Below, in pieces: positions 1 to 11,285 of a DNA stretch of 64,000 bases (positions within the stretch are counted from its first letter, which is position 1; the number at the start of each line of letters is the position of its first letter). The translations under genes and the position numbers were made by a program. Where the stretch lies: NCBI GenBank assembly GCA_947168815.1, contig CAMVNG010000003.1:8478-72477 (forward strand). The letters run 5' to 3'. This DNA comes from an uncultured bacterium. Lineage in GTDB: Bacteria; Patescibacteriota; Gracilibacteria; Absconditabacterales; Absconditicoccaceae. The notes beneath the pieces were generated by a model. It was given only the letters and a program-made list of their open reading frames with translations, made no database searches and was not told the origin of the DNA.

Positions 1-16
1 TAATTATGAAATAAAA

Positions 17-520
17 CTATATAATTTCTATTTTTCATTCATTTTTTAAATGTTTTTCTGGTATTTCTCAATTTTGTTTTCAAAGAGAAATAAGAGCAAA
101 AGGAACAATATTAGGGGAAAAACTAAAATGATGAGCGATTGTTTTCATAACATTTTCATGTGGATACACTCAAAGTCGAACAGTTCAGATTTCTTTTTCA
201 TGTGCAGCGAGAAGAATGTTTTGGATGCTAGCTCACATATCTTGTGGAATAAATTCTTCACTTTTTGTCATATCTTTATCATAACAAGCTAATATAACTC
301 CTCATGCATTTGGAAGCATTTTTCAAAAATCCATTATTTCTCATAAGAAATTACGGTCTTCTTGCTTAGAAATGATATAATATTTCCATGCTTGTTGATT
401 ATGAGCAGATGGTGCATAAAAACCATAAGAAATAATTTCTATTAGTAGTTTGGAATCAAATTTCTCATCGGTATAATTCCTAACAGATCTACGTGTTGTA
501 ATTGCTTTTAGAGTATCCAT
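17..520 (-). CDS. nitroreductase family protein (167 aa, table 25)
   Basis: One uninterrupted frame from ATG 518-520 to TAG 17-19 only if TGA is sense. MDTLKAITTRRSVRNYT and YAPSAHNQQAW match the nitroreductase RRSxRxY and APSxxNxQxW signatures. Confidence 0.8.
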
Positions 521-551
521 AAGAAAAGGAAAAAAAGTAAAAAAAGTAAAA

Positions 552-1142
552 TTATTTTTTTATTCTACACACACTATAACAGATTTTTTCTTTCCCTCAA
601 ACTAAAACATAGTAAACTACATCTTTATATTTAAAAAAAAGTTCACTAGAAAAAGAAAATTTATCTAAAACTATATTTTTTGGAGTATAACCAATAAGTT
701 TGAAATTTTTAGTCTCTTCTAAGCATCTAAGATCTAATGCTTTTAAAAGAGCTTCTTCTGCTGTTCGAATGGTATAGAAAGCCTTCCAATCTTTTTTCAT
801 TCATAAAATAGTGTAGTCTTTATCTGTATAATAGTCTAACATAATATTAGATCTTTCTCAAATTACTTCTAAATCAATTCATATTTTTCCACTGTCTACC
901 ATAAGGAAAATTAAATCTCAACTATAGGATGTCGAGAAATATTCGTTGTTGTATTGATGTTTTTGTCATATTGTTAGAAGTTGTTTTTCGTCATCAATAG
1001 AAAAATAATCTTTAAGATATCAATATTTAATTAGTTTTTGTTCTTTATAGGGGCCAACTAATTTTTTTAAAAAATCAGGAGAAAAACGTTCTTTTATTCA
1101 TTCAAATAGTGTATTATCTACTTTTTCAAGAACGATTCGCAT
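552..1142 (-). CDS. hypothetical protein (196 aa)
   Basis: Extends track ORF 597..800 in both directions through several TGA codons, from ATG 1140-1142 to TAA 552-554. No family recognised. Confidence 0.55.
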
Positions 1143-1163
1143 ATTTTTTAATGAAGAATAAAA

Positions 1164-1622
1164 CTATTGATTTAATGTCTCAACGAGTTCTTTAGAAATA
1201 ACTTTCGTGTGCTTTTCAGAGACTTTCCACATTCATGCAAAAAGTTCCTCAAGTGTTTTTAATTCTTGATGTAGCGGTGTATTTTCTTTGAATTTTTTAG
1301 CAAAAGTTCTAAAAAAACTACTTACAGAAGAATAATCCATATTAATGAGTTCTTCTACTAATATTTCATGTTTGCTATCCCAATCGGATTCTTCTGAAAG
1401 TTCTGCTATTCTTTTACAGCAAGATGCTGCTTTTTCTCATTGCTGTTTTAAAAAATTTCTTCCTTTTTCTCCATCTTTTTGAGCATCATTATGTATTTTT
1501 TCAGAAAAGGCAAAAAACACATCTTTCATACTTGGTTGAAGAAAATTTTCTATAATTTCTTCAAAAGAAAAAGGATATGAAGGAAGGTAATTCTTATGCT
1601 CTGATTGTTTTATTTCTTCCAT
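1164..1622 (-). CDS. hypothetical protein (152 aa)
   Basis: Track ORF 1437..1622 continues through 2 TGA codons to TAG 1164-1166. It starts 9 nt after the gltX stop. No family recognised. Confidence 0.55.
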
Positions 1623-1631
1623 ATTGTTACA

Positions 1632-3275
1632 TTACAAATCTAAGAGTCTTTCTTTTATTCTTTTGTCTCATAATACTTTCATAACAGAGAAAAGATCTGG
1701 GGTTTGTTTTGCTCAACAAAGTTGAATTCTTAAGAACATTGCTAAATCTCAAACCTTTCCAATAAATCCTCATTGTTTAAATTCAGCATTATTTGCAGCA
1801 AATCAATATTTGTTTCAAATTGTCTTTAATTGATCAAACCAGCTTAAAACATCTCAAGAAATATCGTAGTTTTGAGCATAATCAGCAGCAAAAGCTTTCC
1901 ATGTTTCCATTGGGATGCTTTCTGGGAATTCAGGCTTGTTCTGTTTAATACTATCCCATTTTTCATCGAAGAAGAAAAGAATATTCTTCTCAATATCAGT
2001 ATAAAGAGTAAACCTTTTAGGATCTTTTTCTGTATGTCTCTCAATATTTAGTGCAGATATGGTATATTCAGGATCTTTCTTCATGAGTGTTGCTAACTCA
2101 TTGTGATATTTTTCAGCCCAAGCCAATCCTTGATTATAAAGATCTTCTGTAGAAAGCTTTGAAAGATATCCATTAGAAATATTTTGTAATTTTACAAAAT
2201 CAAATAAAGGTCAAGCAACATTCATTTTTTCCAAAGAAAATTCGAAATCTAGATAGTTTTTATCTTCATTTTCTCTTTGCCAGTCTTCATATGAGGAGTC
2301 CGCCAATGTCATGATGTATTCAAGTAATGCCTTTGGAGGATATCAGTTTTCAAAAAAGTATTCAACATTAGCTTCTGGATCTTTTCTTTTACTTAGTTTT
2401 CTTTTCTTTCCATCTTCTAATTTACAGATTGGTGCAAGATGACAATATTCAGGAGCAGGAAGGTTAAAAGCTTGAAAAAGTTGAAGATGTAAAGGAACGG
2501 AAGTTAGCCATTCTTCTCCTCTGGTAATGGTTGTCACTCTCATAAGTGTGTCATCAACAATATGAGCTAGATGATAAGTTGGTAAACCATCTGCTTTAAT
2601 CAAAACAATATCATTATAATTATCTGCCATAGAGATTTCTCACCTTATCATATCCTTGAAAACGATTTTCTTAGAAGTGTCTCAATGCGAACGAAATCTT
2701 AGGACAGGAAATTTATTTCCTTCTTCGTGATATTTCGCTAATAACTCATCTGGATTTTTATTTCTCCACTCAGAATAGTTTCCATAAATTCATGGAATAA
2801 TTCTTGATACAGTTTGCATTTCTCTAATCTCATTCAATCTTTCTTCACTCATCCAACAAGGATATGCTAATCATTGAGCAACAAGATATTTTGCAAATAC
2901 TCTATAAAGATTAGCTCTCTTAGATTGTGTATATGGTCCATATGCTCAAAATTCTTCATTGATATTTAATGGACCTTCATCAAATTGAATTCAAAAATTT
3001 TTAAGTGCTTGAATAAGAAGTTCTGCAGCTCATTCAATTTCTCTTTTTTGGTCAGTATCCTCAATTCTTAGCAGCATTTTTCCATTGTTTTGTTTTGCAT
3101 ATTTCCAACCAATGAAAGAAGTATAGAGTCCTCAAAAATGAAGATATCATGTTGGACTAGGAGCAAAACGAAGAACTTTTTTTTCTTCTCTTTCAGGATA
3201 TTTTTTGAGTAAGTCTTCAATTGATTCATTAACATCTGGAAATAATATATTTGCAAGTTCTCATCGAGTTGTCAT
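1632..3275 (-). CDS. gltX: glutamate--tRNA ligase
   Basis: Joins track ORFs 2343..2630 and 1854..2126 in one frame of 548 codons. It has a class-I HIGH-type motif (PSPTGYLHFGG) and the core DGLPTYHLAHIVDD...TRGEEWL. Confidence 0.9.
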
Positions 3276-3440
3276 AATTACATTTCAAGAAAAATTAAAA
3301 GAACGTCTGTAAATGTAGTTAAATAAAGCTTGAAAACAAGAAGAAATTATTGGTTTATGACAAAAATTTTCTTTATTGTAGACAAAGCAAGACAACTTAT
3401 TTGTACTTTTTTATTGATGAGCTTTATACATAAAGTAATT

Positions 3441-4145
3441 TTATTTAGACTGAGAAATTTTGTATTTTTCAAGTTCTTCCACTAATTTTCTATCTACTCT
3501 TTTACTTTCTTTCGCTTTTTGAATAGCTTTATTCTGAATAAAGGGTGCTAATTTTTTCTGTTTAAGAAGTTCAATTGTTTCTTTAGGATGTTTTGCTAGA
3601 GCGGTTGAATAAAATCGAGCTTGCATCATTTGAACGTAATAATCTTCATTTTTTATTTTTGATACAATACTTACCATTTCCGGAGAATAGTATTCATCAA
3701 GGTAATTTGATAAAAAAATTCAAACTCAGTATCTAATAGTATAGGTCTTGGAAGATTGAATCCATTGCTTTGCTTTTTCATATATTTCTTTAGGGTACTT
3801 TTTGAATACTTTCGGTTTGAACGAATCGCAAACAGCTCGATTATCGATGTAAGGAAGGACTTTTTCCGTTTTTTTAAGGGTAAGATTAAAGTCTTTGATA
3901 TTTTCAATGAGTGCTGTATGGACACTATATTCTTCGAGATAATAATGAGGAAGAATGTCTAAATATAAGAAGGTGTTTTTTTCTTGTTTTATAAGTTCTT
4001 TTACGAGATTTTTTATAATTGGTGTTTTTATTCAGAGAATAGTATCAGGATTTATTGTCGGAAGTAATTTAGCAACAAAGATTTTATTTTTCTCGTCTTT
4101 TAAATCTAGAAGCTTATTTCTTACTAAGTTTTCTATATCTTTCAT
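3441..4145 (-). CDS. DNA alkylation repair protein (AlkD/COG4912-like HEAT repeat)
   Basis: Single frame from ATG 4143-4145 to TAA 3441-3443. Track ORF 3441..3677 is its C-terminus. DYYVQMMQARFYS and NKAIQKAKESKRV resemble the DNA alkylation repair family. Confidence 0.6.
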
Positions 4146-4227
4146 TTAATTATTTGAAATTCGTAAATGTTTGGTATTAAAATACTTTTAAAAATGAAGG
4201 AAAGATTTTCAATTAATTTTAGGGTGC

Positions 4228-4256
4228 TTGAAATGATAAAAAAAATACATATAAAT
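4228..4256 (+). promoter_or_regulatory. sigma70-like promoter (TTGAAA-N17-ATAAAT) upstream of rsmI
   Basis: -35 at 4228-4233 and -10 at 4251-4256, 35 nt upstream of ATG 4291. Confidence 0.45.
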
Positions 4257-4290
4257 TTCTTCAGCTATTTGATTTATTATTTTTTAGGTT

Positions 4291-4965
4291 ATGCTTTACC
4301 TTATTCCAACACCTATCTGAAATAAAGAAGATATCACCCTAAGGGCTTTAAATCTTTTGAAGTCTTTACCAGTTCTTATTTGTGAAGATACAAGGACGAC
4401 AAAGAAATTGTTAAGCATGTATGATATCCCATATCAGGAAAAACAATTTTTTTCATTAACAAGTTTTACGGATAAAGGAAAATTATCTCATTATCTTAAT
4501 CTCCTTAAAGAGTACGATGTAGGAATGTTATCAGATGCAGGGACTCCAGGACTTTCAGATCCTTGAAAACAACTTATACAGATTTGTAACCAAGAAAATC
4601 TTTCATATACGATTTTGCCATGAGCTAATGCTTTAATTCCAGCTGTAGTTTGAGCAGGATTCGATACTTCATCATTTTGTTATCTTGGGTTTCTTCCTCA
4701 AAAAAAATGAAGACAGACTGCCTTAAAAGACTGTATGAAGAGAGAGATGCCAACGTTTTTTTATGAATCAGTCCATAGAATAGAAAAGCTGATTAAAGAA
4801 TTAGATGAACTTGGTTTTCAATGAAAAATATGTCTGACAAGAGAAATTAGTAAGCTCTTTGAAGAGCGTATTACATGTGATTTTTTGCAATTAAAAGAAA
4901 TGGTTGAAAAAAAAGAAATTCAAATAAAATGAGAATTTGTAATAGGATTGTATCCAAATATTTAA
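4291..4965 (+). CDS. rsmI: 16S rRNA 2'-O-ribose C1402 methyltransferase
   Basis: MLYLIPTPI-G-NKEDITLRAL (TGA at 4318-4320 sits on the invariant Gly). Track ORF 4357..4566 is in frame. The tetrapyrrole-methylase-like fold continues to TAA 4963-4965. Confidence 0.9.
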
Positions 4966-4985
4966 AAAGATGTCAAGATTTTTGT

Positions 4986-5013
4986 TTGAATTGTAATTAT
5001 AAATCACTATATA
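4986..5013 (+). promoter_or_regulatory. sigma70-like promoter (TTGAAT-N16-TATATA)
   Basis: -35 at 4986-4991 and -10 at 5008-5013, upstream of ATG 5044. Confidence 0.4.
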
Positions 5014-5043
5014 CTAAACAATATATTTATAAAAAAGCTAGCT

Positions 5044-6063
5044 ATGTATTCTCTTTATCAAAGTCCTATTTGGAAAACTCTTCAAATTGATATTTACAGA
5101 AAACAATATGGCTTTGTTAATCTTTTTTGAAAAGATTATTTTTATTTAGTTAAAGAAAAGAAAGTTCTCTGGTTTACACTAAGAGAATTCCAAATTATGT
5201 GATTAGAAATACCTGAAGATAATTGGAATTTGGTTAGAAGAGAACTAAAAAAACTAAAAAAACAATATTGAAAAAGCCGATGAAATATTTTTTTTCAGTT
5301 AGGAATAGTAAATGAAATCACAAGTTTTGATAATGCATGGGCGAGGGAACAAAATATTGTTGGAAAGGTGAAGTCTATGAGGATGAATGTTAGGAAAATG
5401 ATAAAAAAAGAAACATGATTAAGGGTGTCTTTCAAAGAGAATATGCCACAGACAACAATTATGATTAATCTAAAAAAATCAGATCAAGAACTTCTTAAAG
5501 AAATGAATAATGGGTGTGCAGATAGGGTTAAAAAGGCTATAAAAAAGGGGGTCCTTGTTAGAGAATGAACACTTGATGATTATGAAACGTTCTTCGAAAA
5601 GTGGCAAATAACAGCATGATGAAAGGGGTTTTCAACAATTACAAAATCACAATATGATAAACTCATTAGAATCCTTACAAAAACAAAGAGAGGTAATATG
5701 TTCGTTTCAGAATTAGATTGAGATATTATAGCGTGAAGTATTTGTCTTTTCCATCAAAAAACAATAGTTTATCTCTATTGATTTACGGATAGAAAGTATA
5801 CTAATCTATGATGACATCATTATCTAAAATATGGTATGTTTGAACGAGCGAGAGATCACGGATTTGAGTTTTGTGACTTAATGTGAGGTGCACCAACAGG
5901 ATTTCCAGATCATCCACTTGTTTGAGTAAGCAAGTTCAAAGAATCACTTTGAGGAATGAAATGGGAATTCTACTGAAACTATGATCTTGTTTTGAATCCA
6001 TTTCTTTATTATTCATTTAAATTCTTTACTTGGTTAAAGAAAAAGCTTAATAAAGAGCATTAA
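5044..6063 (+). CDS. FemAB-family peptidoglycan interpeptide-bridge aminoacyltransferase
   Basis: 340 codons with many internal TGA. GHHYLKYGMFERARDHGFEFCDLMGGAPTG and GVSKFKESLGG resemble FemX/FemAB/MurM proteins. Confidence 0.7.
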
Positions 6064-6096
6064 TACGGGAACAAAATGAAATTCTTTGTAAAAGGA

Positions 6097-6124
6097 TTGA
6101 AAATAAAAAGGATTTTATTATATT
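6097..6124 (+). promoter_or_regulatory. sigma70-like promoter (TTGAAA-N16-TATATT) for tRNA-His
   Basis: -35 at 6097-6102 and -10 at 6119-6124, about 24 nt upstream of the tRNA 5' end. Confidence 0.5.
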
Positions 6125-6147
6125 CTCACTTGCAAATTATACGCTAT

Positions 6148-6225
6148 GGCGGGCTTAGCTCAGTTGGTTAGAGCATCTGATTGTGGTCCAGAGGGTCATG
6201 GGTTCGAATCCCATAGCCCGCCCCA
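6148..6225 (+). tRNA. tRNA-His (anticodon GTG at 6183-6185) with encoded G-1 and CCA
   Basis: Hand-folded cloverleaf. Acceptor GCGGGCT/AGCCCGC, D stem GCTC/GAGC, T arm ATGGG-TTCGAAT-CCCAT. An extra 5' G (6148) pairs with discriminator C73, which is the His identity element. The 3' CCA is encoded. Confidence 0.9.
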
Positions 6226-6275
6226 TGTAAAAATTTGCCACATTTAAGGCATTAAATGCCTTATATAGACTAATA

Positions 6276-6305
6276 AAATGATGGTTTGAAAATCGTCATT
6301 TTTTT
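6276..6305 (+). terminator. rho-independent terminator after tRNA-His
   Basis: 8-bp stem AAATGATG/CGTCATTT (one G-U pair) with a 10-nt loop and a T-run. A separate perfect 8-bp hairpin lies at 6245-6263 and has no T-run. Confidence 0.55.
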
Positions 6306-6407
6306 AATAAAAATTTTTTTATAAAAAGAGAAAATACAGTTGAGGAATTGTTGATTTTATTAAAAAAATAAATATGTCTATTATATTTATTTCAGTATTT
6401 ATACGTA

Positions 6408-7199
6408 ATGTTTGATAATTATAAGTTCTATGTACGGTCAGTTATAATTGTAATTCTTGTTATATTGGGATTTAATTCATGGTTTGTTATTGAACCATGA
6501 TACAACTGATTCACAGTAACATTATGAAAAATAAATCAAACGGTATATTCTGATGGATTGCATTTTAAAACACCTTTGATAACAAAGGCTGTAAAATACA
6601 ATATCCAAACTCAAAAATTGGAAGCGGTTTCCGCAGCAAGTTCTAAGGATTTACAAACAGTTTCTGCTTCTATAGTTGTTAATTATAAATACAAAGAAAG
6701 TGAAGTAGTTACTCTTTATAAAAATGTTGGTAGCGAAGAAAAAGTTGCGGATAAGATTATCCAACCAGCAGTACAAGAAGTATTTAAGTCTGTTGTTGCA
6801 AAATATTCCGCAGAGGAAATAATTACTAAAAGACCAGAAGTATCTAAAGATATAGAAACTGCCCTCAATACAAGATTAGAAAAATATTGAATACAAATTC
6901 AATCGTTTAATATTATAAATTTTGATTTTTCTAAATCATTTAATGATGCAATTGAAGCTAAAGTTACTGCAGAGCAAGATGCACTTACTCAAAAGAATAA
7001 ACTAGAACAAGTAAAATATGAGGCAGAGCAAAGGATAGTTTCAGCAGAAGCTCAAGCTAAAGCTATAGAAATTCAGGCAAAAGCAATTCAAAATCAATGA
7101 GGAGAAGAATATGTGAAATTAAAATGGATTGAAAAGTGGAACTGACAATTACCAACAACAGTTGCATGAGATGATATGTCATTACTTATGATGAAATAA
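6408..7199 (+). CDS. SPFH/band-7 (prohibitin/HflC-like) membrane protein
   Basis: N-terminal TM helix, then the SPFH core (track ORF 6558..6890 is in frame), then a coiled coil AEQDALTQKNKLEQVKYEAEQRIV. TAA at 7197-7199. Confidence 0.85.
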
Positions 7200-7351
7200 T
7201 TCTGAAAAATATCTAAAATATTAATTATAGACTATCATATAAGATAATTTATTAAGAATAATTATGGTATGTATTCTATTTTTTACTGGAATTTTTCTTA
7301 TAAATGATTAACTAAGAATCAGAGAAATTTAAACTTTTATTTTGACTGTTT

Positions 7352-8869
7352 ATGAAAAAATCTAGGCGAGCAGTTGTTTGATATGTATTACTAGGAATTT
7401 GAATTTTTTCTCGAATTGTTTTCTTATTTTTAGATGCAAAAGGATATAAGATTCCTTGGAATGATATAAGTTCCTATTTTTCTTTTCATAAGAAAATACA
7501 CACCAATAGTGATATTATATGAGAACCACAATTATCTGAAGATGATTTAGAATTTTTATCTTGATTTTTACAGGATAACACAAGACTTACAACAAAAGAT
7601 GCTGAAGGGTTGTGAAATATAAAAGAAAAAATTGTTATTCTTGAACAACTTTTTGCTCAACAAAAAAACTTAGATGTTATTAAAATGCTGATAGATGCGT
7701 ATATGCTTAATAATCAATATGATAAAGCAAAAAAACTTTATAATTCGTTGCCTGAAAGAATCCAGTGATATCTAGATCCATGAATTCTATTTAAAATAGG
7801 GGTAAACTCGTTTTCACAAACAAATGAAACGGAATATTCGAGTTTAAAACGTTTACTTGGTCAATTTCATCAAGATTGAATTTTTTCTAATGAAGAATAT
7901 CTTTACTATCAAGTTGCTTTTGAGCTTATTGATGGAGAATATGAGACTGCTCAAATAGATATGCAAGGATTGAGTTGAACCAAATATCAAGATTTTGCTG
8001 AGGCTATTCAATCTGCATTTGCTCAATATGAATCGTTAAAAGATGTTCCAGATTATTATAAGGATGGACTTGTTGCCTATCAATTAATGAATCAATGATT
8101 TTTAGCATGATCAAAAAAAATAGCAATTCGTATTGTTAACGAGCATAGTGACTATATTCTTCCATATCAAATATTAGCAAATGTAGATTTTCTTACAGAA
8201 AAGTGGAATTCAGCATCTCGTTATTTTCATCAATTGTTAGAATTAGATCCTCAAGAAAAAAGTTTATACCTTTATTATTTAGGAATTTGTTATTATCATT
8301 TGGAAGATTATTCAAATGCTGTTTTGTATCTTGCACAGATTACGGATCAAGATATTATGATTGATTCAGATAGATATTTAGTACTTAGTTATATTAAACT
8401 ATGAGAAAATACTAGAGTATTTGCTGGTTGGCAAAGATTACTTTGATACAAAACTATTAAACCCGCAGATTATTATTCATTTTTTGAAGAAGCATTTTGG
8501 AAGCCGTATCGTAAATGAAAAACATCAAGTTATTTAGAAAAAAATAGTAAAATAGTACAGGATTATCTTACATCATGTCCTCTTAATCTAAAGGGGGATG
8601 ATGCACAAATATGTACATATTGACAACTAGGATTGTTCGCACTAGAGAATAGCTTAATTAATGCCGATTTACAATTACAGCTTTCTCGTTTTGCTAGAAA
8701 ATATGCGAAACCTGAATTCTTCCAATATTTATGAGAAATTCAACTATTGAAATGAGAAAACTCAGAGGCATCAGCATCATTTATGAGGGCTCTTTGATTG
8801 ACAAAAGAAACAGAAGAAAAGAATCACTTAAAACAGAGAATATTAGCAGCTAACGAAATTGAGCAATAA
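7352..8869 (+). CDS. membrane-anchored TPR-like repeat protein (505 aa)
   Basis: N-terminal TM helix VVGYVLLGIGIFSRIVFLFL, then helical repeats such as SLYLYYLGICYYHLEDYSNAVLYLAQI. The frame is closed only by TAA 8867-8869. Confidence 0.6.
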
Positions 8870-8953
8870 AAAACCAAAAGATTATTACAATAAAAATCAT
8901 TTCTATAAAGAGAATAGCAGATAAAACGTGTCTAAAAATTAATAAAAAATTTT

Positions 8954-9000
8954 AGATGATTTTTTTATAAAATTGAGCCAAAAAAAGAAAAAAATCATCT
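8954..9000 (+). terminator. long hairpin (13-bp perfect arms, 21-nt loop) downstream of the TPR gene
   Basis: AGATGATTTTTTT (8954-8966) pairs with AAAAAAATCATCT (8988-9000) and is followed by TTATTT. Confidence 0.4.
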
Positions 9001-9009
9001 TTATTTAAC

Positions 9010-9037
9010 TTGAATTCATCAACCAAATAACTATTAT
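9010..9037 (+). promoter_or_regulatory. sigma70-like promoter (TTGAAT-N16-TATTAT) upstream of secE
   Basis: -35 at 9010-9015 and -10 at 9032-9037. ATG at 9070. Confidence 0.45.
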
Positions 9038-9069
9038 ATTTCTGATTTTATTTTTTGCTGTTCGCGAAA

Positions 9070-9426
9070 ATGTTGGATTTTATTTACGACAGTTTAGATA
9101 CTGTTAAAAAATTAAAGTTTCCTACAGTTAAGCAAATCGCTCAACTTACAGGTGCTATATTTGGTTTAGTTATTGCTGCATGACTTTATTTTATTTTAGC
9201 AGATACTATCTTTTCTGAAGGATATAAGATTTTTTATTCAGCTATGACAGATGGTGCAACTACTGCAGTTGTAGAAGACGAGAATACTGAAACTACTGAT
9301 GATACTATTTTACCAGTGTCAGAGACTCCAGTTAGCTTCGAAAATGTAGAAGTTGAGGAAACTCCAGTTGCTGAAGAAACATCTGATGCTGTTGAAGTAG
9401 AAAATGTAGAAGAAGTATCAGAATAA
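9070..9426 (+). CDS. secE: preprotein translocase subunit SecE with acidic C-terminal extension
   Basis: Lies directly upstream of nusG, the conserved position. It has a single TM helix IAQLTGAIFGLVIAAGLYFILA. Track ORF 9244..9426 is the in-frame polyacidic tail. Confidence 0.7.
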
Positions 9427-9452
9427 TTTTATCTCTTTCTTTAAAATAAAAT

Positions 9453-10031
9453 ATGCAAAGAGACAATACAAGTGAAATAAAAAAACAAATAGAGGACAGA
9501 AATTATAAATGGTATGTCCTAAGTGTAACATCATGACAAGAAGCTCTTGTTATTGAAAATCTTCAAGAGAGAGTAAATAAACAAGGTTTAGCAGATGATG
9601 TTGTAGATTATCTCTGTCCTATGGTAAGTGAAGCTTCAATTAAAAAAGGAGAAAAAATTGTAAAGCAAAAGAAGCTTTATCCAGGATATGTGTTCTTTAA
9701 ATCAAGAATGAATGATAAAATCTGGTACGTGGTAAGAAATACTCCAGGGGTAAGGCTTATTGTTGGAGCTGAGACAAAGCCAATTCCACTTTCAGACCAG
9801 GAATATCAACAAATTATGGATCAAATCGCTCAATCACAAGAAAGATCTGAGTTGAAGGTTCCTTATAAAGTTGGTGATATAGTTCTTTTGAAACAATGAG
9901 ATTTCAAAGGAATGAAATGAAATATCAAAGAGGTAGATTCAGAGAAGGGTGTAGTTGTTGTAAGTGTAGAAATGCTCTGAAGACTAACTCCAGTAGCTGT
10001 TGCTATTGACCAAATCGAGCTAGCAAGTTAG
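9453..10031 (+). CDS. nusG: transcription termination/antitermination factor NusG
   Basis: NGN domain (YKWYVLSVTSGQE) and KOW motif (VGDIVLLKQGDFKGMKGNIKEV). Track ORF 9621..9899 is in frame. TAG at 10029-10031. Confidence 0.9.
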
Positions 10032-10053
10032 TCTTTATATTTAACCATTTCGC

Positions 10054-10764
10054 ATGGATAGAGAAAAAAAACTTGTTACCTTATCAATGGTTGTTCTCTT
10101 CTTTAGTTTGATAGTAGTATATTCATTATTTTATCAAGTTAAGGGAGAAGAAATCCTTGGAAGTCTTCGTTCTCTAAAAGCTTCTAGTAGTGTACAAGAG
10201 CAAGAAATTAGTTCTACTCAAACACTAACGCAAGAAAACTTTTCAGAAGGAAATCAGCCAGAAAGAAGACAATTCCATGAAAACCGTCCTCAATTAGAAT
10301 GAGATCAATTCTCAGATATTTCAGCTTGAATTGATGCACAACAAGCTGAAGGAGAAGTAAAGCAGACCGCTTCAGCTGCACGTACTTCTATAGGTGATGG
10401 TCCTACAATTTTATCAGGTGCTGATTTATATTTTGGTGCTGTTGATAGTATTGAGCTTCTTGGACTTGAACCAGAATATGTTTTGAAAGATTATAAAGGA
10501 TTTTATTACGCAAAATTTGAAGAAGAGCCTTATTTGAAACCAACGGTTCAGAAGTTATGATGAAATATCTATACAATAACTTCAGATGCGGAGTTAGTTA
10601 AGAATCAACTCTTTGGTGATAAAGTTAGCTTTATAAATCTTCCAGAATATAAAAATAAATTAGTAGTGATGCTTTTAACAGTGAATGGTCAATATTGGCT
10701 TATTCAAATGAGTTATGAAAAGTATCATCATGCTAAGAGTTATTTAAAAGATTTATTTATTTAA
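10054..10764 (+). CDS. hypothetical membrane-anchored protein (236 aa)
   Basis: Track ORF 10054..10302 extends through TGA codons to TAA 10762-10764. It has an N-terminal TM helix LVTLSMVVLFFSLIVVYSLF. No family recognised. Confidence 0.6.
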
Positions 10765-10778
10765 AATTTGTTGTTAAA

Positions 10779-11219
10779 ATGGCAAAAGTACAAAAAGTAT
10801 TAAACATTGAAGTACCTGCTGGAAAAGCAACTCCAACACCTCCTCTTGGACCTATGCTTGGAGCTAACGGTGTAAATATCGGTCAATTTACTAAAGAATT
10901 TAATGAAAAGACTTCTGATTTAATGAGACAATTTGGTGGAATCGAAGTAAAGGTGAAGGTAAAATTAACAGTATATGTCGACAGAACTTTCGCAATGGAA
11001 ATCGGAACACCTGTAACATCAGGTCTTATTAAATGGAGAATTAATCAAAATTTAGGATCTGGAGAACCAAATAAAAAGAAGGTTTGAAAATTGACTAAGG
11101 CTGACTTAGAAGCCATCTATGATTTGAAAAAATCAGATCTTAATGCTAACACTCCTGAACAAGGATACAGAATCATTGCAGGAACTGCTAGAAATATGGG
11201 AGTTGATGTAGAATTATAA
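10779..11219 (+). CDS. rplK: 50S ribosomal protein L11
   Basis: Track ORF 10779..11087 continues through TGA 11085-11087 (NKKKV-G-KLTKADLEAI) to TAA 11217-11219. It carries the PPLGPMLG motif. Confidence 0.95.
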
Positions 11220-11225
11220 TATCAC

Positions 11226-11263
11226 TCGTGGGAGGCTATGACATATAGTCGCTCGAACCACTT
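11226..11263 (+). promoter_or_regulatory. GC-rich structured element between rplK and rplA
   Basis: Outer GTGG/CCAC pairing encloses a GGCTAT-GACAT-ATAGTC hairpin and is followed by TTTTATT. This could be an L1-binding mimic or an attenuator. Confidence 0.3.
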
Positions 11264-11285
11264 TTATTCTTATTAATTAATTATT

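Noticed and set aside
3671-3925. Apparent frameshift in the alkylation-repair gene, because track ORFs 3441..3677 and 3671..3925 are in different frames.
   Set aside because: A codon-by-codon check shows one continuous frame from 4145 to 3441 once TGA is read as Gly. The 3671..3925 ORF is an off-frame artefact.
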